Below are positions 28,777-38,561 of a stretch of 64,000 nucleotides of DNA, one piece after another. How positions within the stretch are numbered: the first letter of the stretch is position 1; each line of letters begins with the position of its first letter. Position numbers and translations under genes: made by a program. The stretch comes from an uncultured Spirochaetota bacterium. Lineage in GTDB: Bacteria > Spirochaetota > Spirochaetia > SZUA-6 > Fen-1364. The notes under the pieces are model-generated. The model was not told the DNA's origin. It searched no databases and saw nothing but the letters and a program-made list of their open reading frames with translations. Location: NCBI GenBank assembly GCA_963820525.1, contig CAWGAA010000003.1, positions 96,001 to 160,000 on the forward strand, written 5' to 3'.

Positions 28777-29515
28777 AGTGACGAACCTCCGCGCCGGATA
28801 CGGAAAAGTGGAAGTCCTCTCCGGCGTCTCCCTCCACGTTGATCCGGGTGAGATCGTGGCGCTGATCGGAGCCAACGGGGCGGGCAAGAGCACCCTCCTG
28901 GGCGCCGTGGCGGGGATCGTGAAACCGCGCGGCGGCTCCATCGCTTTCCAGAAGAAGGAGATCGCCGGCATCACCGCCGAGGAGATCGCGGAGCGCGGCT
29001 GCCTGCTCGTCCCCGAGGGAAGGCAGATCTTCTCCGACATGTCCGTGTTCGAGAACCTCCTCCTGGGCGGCTACCTCCGCCTGCGCTCGCCCGAGCGCGG
29101 CTCCGTCGCGTCCGACATGGAGAAAATCTACGGCCTCTTCCCGATCCTTCGAAAAAGGCGCGAGCAGCAGGCCGGCACCCTCTCCGGAGGGGAACAGCAG
29201 ATGCTGGCCCTGGGCCGCGCCCTCATGGGACGGCCCAAGATCCTGATGCTGGACGAGCCTTCCATAGGGCTTGCTCCCCTCGTCGTGAAGAGCATCATGG
29301 AGGTGATCGGGGAGCTTCGCGGCCAGGGGACCACGATCCTGCTGGTGGAGCAGAACGCGCGCGCCGCGCTCTCCATCGCGGACCGCGGCTACGTGATGGA
29401 GGCGGGGAGAATCGCGTTGGAAGGGAGCGCGCGGGAGCTTGCCGACAACCGGGACGTGCAGCGGGCGTACCTCGGCAAGGAATATTCGAGGATCAACGAG
29501 CGGGGGCAGGTATGA
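28769..29515 (+). CDS. livF: Liv-type ABC ATP-binding protein
   Basis: LIGANGAGKST, VPEGRQIF, AGTLSGGEQQML, LDEPSIGLAP, LVEQNA, AYLG. Confidence 0.93.
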   Translation: MLRVTNLRAGYGKVEVLSGVSLHVDPGEIVALIGANGAGKSTLLGAVAGIVKPRGGSIAFQKKEIAGITAEEIAERGCLLVPEGRQIFSDMSVFENLLLGGYLRLRSPERGSVASDMEKIYGLFPILRKRREQQAGTLSGGEQQMLALGRALMGRPKILMLDEPSIGLAPLVVKSIMEVIGELRGQGTTILLVEQNARAALSIADRGYVMEAGRIALEGSARELADNRDVQRAYLGKEYSRINERGQV

Positions 29516-30816
29516 TCTTGAACGAAAAGTTCGAATGCATGGACAGGGAAGACCTGGCGCAGGTCCAGGTGGAGCGCCTGCAGTCGGCGCTGACCCGCGC
29601 GCGCAGGAACGTGGCCTTCTATCGCAGCGCCTTCGAGAGGGGCGGCGTCTCGATCGAGGACGTGAAGAGCGTGGCGGATCTTGCCCGCCTGCCCTTCACC
29701 ACCAAGGAGGACCTGCGCGCCAGCTATCCCTACGACATGTTCGCCGTGCCCCTTCGCGACATCGTGCGGATGCACTCCACCTCCGGCACCACGGGCACCC
29801 CCGTGGTTGTGGGCTATACGCCGAACGACATCAGGAGCTGGACCGAATGCGTGGCCAGAGTCCTGGCAGCGGGAGGAGTGACCGAGCACGACGTGGTGCA
29901 GGTGGCTTTCACCTACGGGCTTTTCAGCGGCGGCCTCGGGTTCCACTACGCCGCGGAGAAGCTCGGCGCCTCGGTGGTGCCCGCTTCGGGGGCGGGGCTG
30001 GAGAAGCAGTGCCTGATCCTTCGCGACTTCATGACCACCGCCCTTGCCTGCACGCCGAGCTACGCGCTGGCCATCGCGGACGAGCTTTTACGGATGGGAA
30101 TCAAGCCGGGGGAGATCGCGCTTCGGGTGGGCTTCTTCGGGGCCGAGCCGTGGAGTGAGAGCCTTCGCTCGCAGCTGGAGGAGAGGCTCGGCGTCACGGC
30201 GCTGGACAACTACGGGCTCACCGAGGTCCTCGGTCCCGGGGTATCCTTCGAATGCGAGGCCAAGGAGGGGCTCCACGTCAATGAAGACCACTTTATCGCG
30301 GAGGTGATAGATCCCAAGACCCTCACGCCGCTTCCCATGGGAAGCGAGGGCGAGCTCGTCTTCACAACGATTACCAAGGAAGGGTTCCCCCTCATCCGCT
30401 ACAGGACGGGAGATCTTGCCACGCTTACCGCCAAGCCGTGCCGTTGCGGCAGGAGCCTTGCGCGCATGTCCCGCATCCGCGGCCGCATCGACGATCTGAT
30501 CATCCTCGGCGACGTGAAGGTGTTCCCGACCCAGGTGGAGCAGATCCTTCTCGCCGAGCAGGGCGTGGAGCCTCACTACGAGATCGTTGTGGACCGCATC
30601 GGAGGAAAGGACACCCTGGAAGTCCGGGTCGAGATCTCGCAGGCCATGCCCGAGCTCGACGAGATGAAGACCCTCGAGCGGGTCAAGGAAAGGATCGTGC
30701 GCAGGCTGGACACGGTGCTTGGCGTCCAGGCGAAGGTGACCCTCGTGGAGCCGGGAACCTTCGCGCCGGGCGGGGGTGGCAAGATCAAGCGGGTTGTTGA
30801 CAAAAGGCGGCGGTGA
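29512..30816 (+). CDS. paaK: Phenylacetate--CoA ligase family protein 3
   Basis: LPFTTKEDLR, HSTSGTTGTP, FTYGLFSGG, GAEPWS, NYGLTEVLGPGV, RYRTGDL, GKIKRVVD. ATGA overlap with livF. Confidence 0.92.
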   Translation: MILNEKFECMDREDLAQVQVERLQSALTRARRNVAFYRSAFERGGVSIEDVKSVADLARLPFTTKEDLRASYPYDMFAVPLRDIVRMHSTSGTTGTPVVVGYTPNDIRSWTECVARVLAAGGVTEHDVVQVAFTYGLFSGGLGFHYAAEKLGASVVPASGAGLEKQCLILRDFMTTALACTPSYALAIADELLRMGIKPGEIALRVGFFGAEPWSESLRSQLEERLGVTALDNYGLTEVLGPGVSFECEAKEGLHVNEDHFIAEVIDPKTLTPLPMGSEGELVFTTITKEGFPLIRYRTGDLATLTAKPCRCGRSLARMSRIRGRIDDLIILGDVKVFPTQVEQILLAEQGVEPHYEIVVDRIGGKDTLEVRVEISQAMPELDEMKTLERVKERIVRRLDTVLGVQAKVTLVEPGTFAPGGGGKIKRVVDKRRR

Positions 30817-30832
30817 GGGCTCATTATCAATC

Positions 30833-31738
30833 GTGCCGGAGCTTCCGGACCTCGAATATATAGCGAAAAAGCTTTCACCCCTTCTGGCGGGCAGGCGGAT
30901 CGTGGATGTGGCCGTAAAGGAACCCATCGTCATCCGCATGCTCGTTGCCGGCTCATTTTCCGACGCTTTGAAAGGAAAGACCTTCGCCGGGCTCGTTCGC
31001 CACGGCCCCTTCCTCAGCTTCAGCCTGCTCGACGGCCTGGAGCTCATCATCCACCACATGCTTGCCGGCAGGCTCCAGATAGCCCCGAAATCGCAAAAGC
31101 CCCTATCCCACCTCTGCTTCAGCCTCTCTCTTGATGACGGGCCCCGCCTCAGCTATGGGGACGACAAGAAAATGGGGAAGGTCTACGTGACCCAGGCGGG
31201 CTCGCGCTCTGCCATCCCCGGCTTCGATACCCAGGGGATCGACATCCTTTCCACTGGTTTCACGCTCGAAGTGTTCGAGAAGCTCATAAAGGGGAGAAGG
31301 CAGCAGGCGCGGGTCTTCATCATGGACCAGAGCGCACTGAGCGCCATCGGAAACGCCTACGCAGACGAGATCCTGTTCGCCGCCGGGATCCATCCCAAGA
31401 CCCTCTGCATCAGCCTGACCGAGGAGGAGCGGAAAAATCTTTACGAAAGCATCCGCTCCATCATCGCCTGGGGAATCTCCGAGGTGGAGAAGGCGGGCAT
31501 GCCAATCGAAGAGAAGGTGCGCGGCCACATGAAAGTGCGAAACAGGAAGGGCGAGCCGTGTCCCGTCTGCGGCACGACGATACGCAGGGCGGGAGTTCTG
31601 GGTTATGACTCGTTCTTCTGCCCACGATGCCAGCCCGGCCCATGGACGGGCAAGCCAGGCAAAGGCTCGAATGCCGGAAGTCTGCCCAGCCCAGGGACGG
31701 GCGAGGCCGGCGGTGGCCCGCGGCGGCTTGCCAAGTAA
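30833..31738 (+). CDS. Fpg/Nei-family DNA glycosylase-like protein with a repeat-derived C-terminal tail
   Basis: GTG start gives (M)PELPDLE. H2TH motif DQSALSAIGNAYADEILF, and Zn finger CPVC...FCPRCQ followed by about 35 low-complexity residues. Confidence 0.88.
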   Translation: MPELPDLEYIAKKLSPLLAGRRIVDVAVKEPIVIRMLVAGSFSDALKGKTFAGLVRHGPFLSFSLLDGLELIIHHMLAGRLQIAPKSQKPLSHLCFSLSLDDGPRLSYGDDKKMGKVYVTQAGSRSAIPGFDTQGIDILSTGFTLEVFEKLIKGRRQQARVFIMDQSALSAIGNAYADEILFAAGIHPKTLCISLTEEERKNLYESIRSIIAWGISEVEKAGMPIEEKVRGHMKVRNRKGEPCPVCGTTIRRAGVLGYDSFFCPRCQPGPWTGKPGKGSNAGSLPSPGTGEAGGGPRRLAK

Positions 31739-31840
31739 AACGAGGCAAACGCCGCGTCGGATGCCGGAAGACGGCCCGCGAAGCGTTCGCAAAAGATCCC
31801 CTGGTAGGGCGGACGGCCCTGCCTGCCGGCACCGCGCGGC
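31633..31840 (+). repeat. Second copy of the palindromic element family, overlapping the Fpg 3' end
   Basis: GCCC-ATGGAC-GGGC (31638) and GCCC-AGGGAC-GGGC (31689). CGGCTTGCC..GGCAAACGCCGCG..GGATGCCGGAAG (31724-31770) is colinear with 18265-18302, and GCACCGCGCGGC is shared with 18168. Confidence 0.7.
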
Positions 31841-31875
31841 TTGACTTTATGGCTCCTCTTCCCCTAGATAGCCGC

Positions 31876-32052
31876 ATGGGACAGACCGCATGCAAAGGGG
31901 AGCACCAGGGCCACCTGTGCGTGCTCGCGAGCAAAGGGCTCATCGACCAGATCAAGGGCATGACCACGAAGCCCCGCTTCATTTGCTTCAACTGCGGTCG
32001 TGTCGCGGACTGCGACGTGAACCTCTGCAACCCCATGCCGCTCGAGGACTGA
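31876..32052 (+). CDS. Small (58 aa) Cys/His-rich putative metal-binding protein
   Basis: MGQTACKGEHQGHLCVLASKGLIDQIKGMTTKPRFICFNCGRVADCDVNLCNPMPLED, with CxxC and GC3-rich codons. Followed by hairpin GCGGGC-GGCAA-GCCCGC. Confidence 0.7.
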   Translation: MGQTACKGEHQGHLCVLASKGLIDQIKGMTTKPRFICFNCGRVADCDVNLCNPMPLED

Positions 32053-32186
32053 AGCGGGCGGCAAGCCCGCACAGTTTCGCAAGCTCTCTCTCGACAGCGC
32101 GCGCGGGAGCGGGGGCTGCGGCGAGCTGTTCGACTTTGACAGAGGGCGGCGGTTGACGTACAATTGATCCTGCTGGCCGCGCCGTC

Positions 32187-34139
32187 ATGAAGTTCAGAGA
32201 CATTGATCGATATCTCACCGGCCTCTCGGTTCCCGTCTCCGCCCTTCGAAGCTCGGAGAGCTGCGGCGTCGGCGAGTTCGCCGACCTGCCGCTCCTCGGC
32301 CGCTTCTGCGCGAAGGCGGGCCTCGACGTCATCCAGATCCTCCCGGTGAACGACACGGGCGCCAACAGCTCTCCCTATAGCGCCCTCTCCGCCTACGCTC
32401 TTCACCCCCTCTACCTGCGCCTGGGAGACCTGCCCGGGGCCGCGGCCTATTCCGCAGAGATGAGCGAGTTCCGAAGGCATGCCGAAGAGCGGACGCGGTT
32501 CTCCTATCCCGAAGTCCTCGCCTTCAAGATCTCGGTGGCCGAGCGGATCTTCGCCGAGCGCGAGCCTGCCATCCGCAAAGACAGGAAGCTCTCCCGCTGG
32601 ATTGACGCCAACCGGTGGGTGATTTCCTATGCAGTATTCAAGACATTGAAGGACTCGCAGGTTACCGAGCCCGGCCGTGCGCTCCCTTCCTTCGATGAAA
32701 CGCTCGTTTCCGAGACCTGGAAATCCAACGAAAGCCGCTGTCTCTTTCATGCGTGGATCCAGTTCCAGCTCGAAGCCCAGCTCTCCTCCGCCTCGAAGCG
32801 CCTGGAGGAGATGGGCGTGCGCCTGAAGGGGGATATCCCCATCCTCATGAGCGAGGACAGCGCCGACGTATGGGGCTCGCCCCGGTACTTCGATCGTTCA
32901 TTCCGAGCAGGCGCCCCTCCCGACATGTATTCCCGGGACGGCCAGAACTGGCGTTTCCCCGTCTATGCCTGGGACGCGCTTGCCCGCGACGACTACGCGT
33001 GGTGGAAAGGCCGGCTCCTGCAGGCTGCCAAGTTTTTCCACGCCTTCAGGATCGACCACGTTCTGGGCTTCTTCCGTATCTGGTGCATCCCCCGGACCGA
33101 GCGGCGGGGGCTCCTTGGCCGCTTCTCTCCCGTGGTGCCCATGGCGCGAGATGCGCTTCGAAACACCGGGTTCGATGACGGCCGCATCCGCTGGCTCTCC
33201 GCCCCGCACTTCCGTGGCGCGGAGATCGAAGCGCGGTTGGGCGCCGATGCCGAAAGGATCCGCCGGCTCTACCTCCTGCGGGTTGGCGATCAAGAGCTTT
33301 TCAACCTGAGAAGCGAGATGGACGGCGAAGAGGCCATCCTGGCCTTGAACGAGCCCGAAGCCGTCAAGGATTTCCTCCTGTCGAAGCACATCGACAGGGC
33401 GCTCATCGCTGTTTCGGAGGAAGAGTTCGTTCCTTCCTGGTATTTCTGGCAGACAACCTCATTCACAGGCATGAGCCAGGAGGAGCAGGCGAATCTCAGG
33501 GAGGCCATCACGGCGAGCCGCGCGGCATCTGAGCGGATCTGGGAGCAGCGCGGGAGGGAGCTCCTGGGGATGCTTCGCGAAACGACCGATATGCTGGTCT
33601 GCGCTGAAGACCTTGGGGACGTTCCCGATTGCGTGCCTCGCGTGCTCTCCGATCTCGGCATCCTGGGGCTTCGCGTTGCGCGCTGGGCGCGCGACTACAA
33701 GGCTCCCGGCGCGCCATTCATTCCCGAGGAGGGCTTCCCGCGCCTGACCGTTTGCACCGCCTCGGTGCACGATACCTCCACCCTCAGAGGCTGGTGGGAG
33801 GAAAGCCCCGCCGAAAGGGAGGCATACTTCCGCCACAGCGGATTCTCGGGAGCATGCCCCGAGCGGCTGAACCGCGGGCTCCTCCTCTCCATCGTCTCAC
33901 GCCTCATGGGCGCCGGCTCCCTTCTCTGCGTCTTTCAGCTCCAGGATCTCCTGGACCTGGAGGAAGCGAACTGGAGCGCGGACCCGCGGGAGGACCGCAT
34001 CAACGTGCCCGGAACCGTCAACGAGAAGAACTGGACCTGGCGCATGCCCCTCACCGTCGAGAGCCTGGCTGAGCGCTCCGAGCCGGCGGCGGCTATCCGG
34101 GCCCTCACGTCGAAACGACAAGGAAGGATCCTCTCATGA
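32187..34139 (+). CDS. malQ: 4-alpha-glucanotransferase (GH77)
   Basis: GVGEFADL, IQILPVNDT..SSPYSALSAYALHPLY, LKGDIPI, AGAPPD..DGQNW.FPVY.W, RIDHVLGF, AEDLG, SVHD, RINVPG...NWTWR. Upstream promoter TTGACA-N17-TACAAT. Confidence 0.95.
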   Translation: MKFRDIDRYLTGLSVPVSALRSSESCGVGEFADLPLLGRFCAKAGLDVIQILPVNDTGANSSPYSALSAYALHPLYLRLGDLPGAAAYSAEMSEFRRHAEERTRFSYPEVLAFKISVAERIFAEREPAIRKDRKLSRWIDANRWVISYAVFKTLKDSQVTEPGRALPSFDETLVSETWKSNESRCLFHAWIQFQLEAQLSSASKRLEEMGVRLKGDIPILMSEDSADVWGSPRYFDRSFRAGAPPDMYSRDGQNWRFPVYAWDALARDDYAWWKGRLLQAAKFFHAFRIDHVLGFFRIWCIPRTERRGLLGRFSPVVPMARDALRNTGFDDGRIRWLSAPHFRGAEIEARLGADAERIRRLYLLRVGDQELFNLRSEMDGEEAILALNEPEAVKDFLLSKHIDRALIAVSEEEFVPSWYFWQTTSFTGMSQEEQANLREAITASRAASERIWEQRGRELLGMLRETTDMLVCAEDLGDVPDCVPRVLSDLGILGLRVARWARDYKAPGAPFIPEEGFPRLTVCTASVHDTSTLRGWWEESPAEREAYFRHSGFSGACPERLNRGLLLSIVSRLMGAGSLLCVFQLQDLLDLEEANWSADPREDRINVPGTVNEKNWTWRMPLTVESLAERSEPAAAIRALTSKRQGRILS

Positions 34140-37100
34140 GCGAAAAACCTCCCGCAAATCCCACCTTCCACTTCCACATCGCCGCCAAGGCCAGGAACAA
34201 GTATCGATTCCCGGGCGAGCTTTTCGCGATGAGCGGAAACGTTATCTTCGCTGATCTGCACGCCGTGCGCCTGTTTACGCAGAAGATGAACGACGAGCGG
34301 CGCGCCGCGGGGGACACGCGCGCCCTCAGGGCGGGAGACATGAACGCCATGGGGCTCATCGACGAGGTGCTGCACTACGTGAGCCGCCTCTACGTGAAGC
34401 AGGCGGCCCCGCTCGTCTTCGGCAAGGCCCTCGCGTTCGTCAATGACCAGCTGGGAGCCGAGGCCGTCGACAGGGCCCTGCTGCGCTTCCTGGAGGAGTT
34501 TCCGCCTCGCGAGGTGTTCGCGGGCAAGCGGACCGTGGAGGAGTTCCTCCAGGGCGTCGACGGGGAGACTCCCAACCGCGAGATCGTCATCGAAGAGCTT
34601 CTCCACCTGTGGCTTGCCAACGTCAACCCCGCGTTCGGGCCCTTCTGCGAGCTGTTCGACCAGGTGGACGTCGCCTCCCTGCGCGAGCACGGCGAGATGC
34701 TGAAAGCGCTGGGAGACTTCTTCCGCTCGCAGCCCGTGTTCGGCCCCGACAACCAGGATCTCGTCGCGCTGCTCCGCGCGCCCGCCGTGGCCGCCCCGCG
34801 CTCCCTCACGGGGCAGCTGGAGTATATCCGCAGCCGCTGGGGCCACTTGCTTGGAGACCTGCTGTTGAAGCTCCTGATGGGCATCGACCTCATAAAAGAA
34901 GAGGAGAGGCTGCGCTTCGCCTTCTTCAAGCCCGGCCTTCCCGAGGTATACGAGTACGGCGGCCAGTACGCGGAGCCCGAGGCCTTCAGCGCGGACAAGG
35001 ACTGGATGCCCAAGGTCGTGATGCTGGCAAAGAACGCACTGGTATGGCTGGATCAGCTTTCCCGGCGCTCCGGGCGCGCCATCACGCGCCTCGACCAGGT
35101 CCCCGACGAGGAGCTCGACCGGCTGGCCCGCTGGGGCGTCACGGCCCTGTGGCTCATCGGGGTCTGGGAAAGGAGCCGTGCCAGCCGCAGGATCAAACGG
35201 ACGATGGGAAACCCCGAGGCGGAGGCATCCGCCTACTCGCTGTTCGACTACCAGGTTGCCGCGGAGCTCGGCGGGGAAGAGGCGCTGGCGAACCTTCGGG
35301 GCAGGGCGTGGCGCCGCGGCATCAGGCTTGCGAGCGACATGGTCCCCAACCATACGGGAATCGACTCGCGCTGGATGATCGAGCACCCCGACAGGTTTCT
35401 CGCCTATCCCCGGCCCTACCCGCCCTTCCCCTCCTACTCCTTCAACGGATCGAACCTGGTGGATGATCCGCGTGTCGGCGTATTCCTGGAGGACCATTAC
35501 TACACCAGGAGCGACGCCGCCGTGGTGTTCAAGCGCGTCGACTTCGCCACCGGCGACGCCCGCTATATCTACCATGGAAACGACGGCACCCACATGCCGT
35601 GGAACGACACGGCGCAGCTCGACTTCCTCAACCCCGAGACCCGCGAGGCGGTGATCCGGACCATCCTCCACGTGGCATCGCTTTTCCCCATCATACGGTT
35701 CGACGCGGCCATGACCCTCACCAAGAGGCACTACCAGCGCCTCTGGTTCCCGGAACCCGGCCGGGGGGAGATATCCCCTCGAGGGCGGAGTGCGGCCTCT
35801 CGCGCTTCGACTTCGACCATGCGATGCCCAACGAGTTCTGGCGCGAGGTGGTGGACCGCGTGGCGGCCGAGGCGCCCGACACGCTCCTCCTGGCCGAGGC
35901 CTTCTGGCTCCTGGAGGGGTTCTTCGTGCGCACCCTGGGCATGCATCGCGTGTACAACAGCGCGTTCATGAACATGCTGAAGGCGGAGGAGAACGCCAAC
36001 TACCGCCAGACCATCAAGAACACGATGGAGTTCGACCCCGAGGTGCTCAAGCGCTTCGTCAACTTCATGAGCAACCCCGACGAGGACACCGCCATTGCCC
36101 AGTTCGGAGACGGGGATAAATACTTCGGCGTCTGTACGCTCATGGCCACCATGCCGGGGCTTCCCATGTTCGCCCACGGCCAGGTGGAGGGCCTGCGGGA
36201 GAAGTACGGCATGGAGTTCCACCATGCCTACTGGAACGAGAGCCCCAACGAGGGCTTCATGCGGCGCCACGAGAGGGAGATCTTCCCCCTGCTGAAGAAG
36301 CGCTACCTCTTCTGCGGCGTGGACGCTTTCCAGCTCTACGACTTCTTCGACCCGGGCGGCTGGGTGAACGAGGACGTCTTCGCCTACTCCAACAGGAGCG
36401 GCGGCGAACGCGCTCTCGTTGTCTACAACAACGCCTACCGCGAGGCGCGGGGCTGGATCAGGACCTCGGCCGCGTTTTCCGTGAAGGGACCGGGCGGCAA
36501 GACCCTCGTGCAGCGGCATCTCGGGGAGGGGCTTGCCCTTTCAAACTCCGAGAGGGCCTTCGCGGTCTTCCGCGAGCATTCAAGCGGGCTGGAGTTCATG
36601 CGGAGCTGCCGGGAGCTGCGGGAAAAAGGGATGTTCGTGGAGCTGCACGCCTACCAGAGCCAGGTCTTCCTCGACTTCCGGGAAGTGGGAGACGATTCCA
36701 AGGGCCGCTGGTCGCGCCTCTGTGGAGAGCTCGCCGGACGGGGAGCGCCAAGCATCGACATTGCCTTCCGCGAGATGGAGCTGCGCCCCGTGCTTTCCCC
36801 CTTCCGCTCGCTCGTCAATGCGGATACGTGCCGCGAGCTTCTTTCCGCGGTAGGAGAAAAGGAAGGCGCGGCGAAAAAAGGAGCCGCGGGCAAAGCGACC
36901 AAAGCGGGCGCCTCTAAGAAAACAACGAAACCACCGGCCGCGGACAAGAGGAAAACCGCCACGGAAGGCGACGCAAAGAGGCTCCTGGCAGAGATCGAAG
37001 GCCGCTACCGCGGATTTCTCGCCGGGGTGAAGGAGCTGGCGCCGGACGCCGTCGATCAGGAGCGATCGTTTTCTGAGTTCGAGCGCCTCCTGCCGGCCAT

Positions 37101-37794
37101 CGGCGCGGCCGGGGAAGAGCTCCTCTCGAAGGTCTTCCCGGCGCTCTGGGCGTGGGCAGTTTTGGAGCCCATCCGCGCTCCAAGGCCGGCGGAGAATGCC
37201 GGGCCTGTCGCGGGCGGCGCAAAGGCCGCACGCGATGCTGGATCAATAGCGGGCGGCGCGAAGGCCGCGGGCGAAGGCCGGCCTGAGGCCGCCGGTTGCC
37301 CCGCTGTTTCCTGGCTGGATGAATGGATGCTGGGAGCCGTGATCCGGGACTGCTGCTCAGCCGCGGCCTGGGACGGGGAAACCGCGTCTCGGGCACAGGC
37401 CCTCGTCTCGGTGCTCCTCGAAAGCGGCGGTCGGCGGCCAACCGCATCGGAGCTCAAGAGGCTTTCGGCGCGGCAGGAAACCGAAGGTTTCCTGCGCGTC
37501 CACTCGTCCGAAGGGACGCGGTGGTTCCACAAGGAATCCCTGGACCTGCTCCTGGGCGGGCTTTCCGCTTGCGGCCTGGCAGCCGGCGCTGCGGCGGGAA
37601 CGACAAGCCCGGCCGAAGCTCTGAAGAAGGACCGCGCTTTCATCGCCTCGTGCCTCACCAAGGCCGAGGAGTCGGGCTACAAGTGGGACGCCTTCCTCCA
37701 ATCGCTCGTTGAAAGGCCGAAAAAGACGCTCCCGTCCGCAGGGACCGCGCGCGGGAAGCCGGCCTCCGGCGGGCGCGCAAGAAAGAAGGCCTGA
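34136..37794 (+). CDS. Large GH13 alpha-amylase-family protein (about 1200 aa, frameshift in a G-run near 35765)
   Basis: ALWLIGVWERS, ASAYSLFDY, DMVPNHTG, WNDTAQLDF and RFDAAM (nucleophile) are in ORF 34136. LLAEAFW and NFMSNPDE are in ORF 35599. One extra G in CCGGGGGGAG restores the frame (PGRGGDIPSR). Confidence 0.88.
37195..37272 (+). repeat. 39-bp tandem duplication inside the GH13 C-terminal region
   Basis: NAGPVAGGAKAAR / DAGSIAGGAKAAG, with DNA core GCGGGCGGCGC(A/G)AAGGCCGC twice. Confidence 0.75.
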
Positions 37795-37840
37795 CGCCGG
37801 GAACACAGAGAGGACTCTGGGCGCGCCGGAAAACTAACAT

Positions 37841-38496
37841 TCACGAGCCTGCCCTTCCGATGAAGCCAATATCCTTCAACCACGTCTCACAGAGCTTCGT
37901 CCACGCGCTCAGAGTGGGATTCTCCCGGGCGAGCGCGGTTCCATGCGGGCCATCCAAAAATACATGGAGATCGAACGGCACACCATGGCGGGACAGCGCT
38001 TCAGCGAATATGAGGCTGTGGGTGACAGGGACGATCGGATCGTTTGCAGTGTGATAGATGAATGTCGGCGGAGTGTCCGCGGCCACATGCTCTTCATCTG
38101 AGAACTCACGCAGGAACTCCTCAGGCAGCTTCTGGCTTCGCGACCACCATTTGAACGTGATCCACGGATAGCACAGCACGTGCCGGGTCGATGTCGAATC
38201 GAGCGGCATTGAAGCGGATGAAACGCACGGCCCGCCGCGCGTTCGAGCAGCGAGATGTCCGGAGTATAGGGATGCACGCGATAGCTCAATAGGAAAGCCG
38301 AAATCCCCATTCCGGAAAGCCAAAGCGCGATCGGTTCTGATTCGTGGGCTACTCTCTCCGTGTAGTTTCCCCCCGGGCACACGATCATGGCTGAAGTCGT
38401 GCGACGGCTCTTGACGGGATATGGCGTGATTCCCGGGGGATCATCGGGGAAATCGGCGCGATACTTCGGGATAGTATCTTCCCAGAGTCGAATCAT
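37841..38496 (-). pseudogene. Decayed alpha/beta-hydrolase (BD-FAE/xylan esterase-like) lacking its catalytic Ser motif
   Basis: N-terminus has IVCPGGNY..VAHE and SAFLLSYR, then (D)ARRAVRFIR..FDIDPAR in another frame, fused straight to VLCYPWIT. The GxSxGG segment is absent. C-terminus has PPTFIYHT.ND..VP and GPHG. Confidence 0.8.
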
Positions 38497-38561
38497 GCGG
38501 CGGGTCTCCTTTCGCTATTGGAGGCGTGAGCCGCGGGCGGTCGATTTGGACCCGGCTCCCC

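Noticed and set aside
35761..35770. Phase variation or programmed frameshift at the G6 run in GH13
   Set aside because: The run is short and matches the window-wide pattern of single-base losses in G/C runs, so sequencing error is the simpler explanation.
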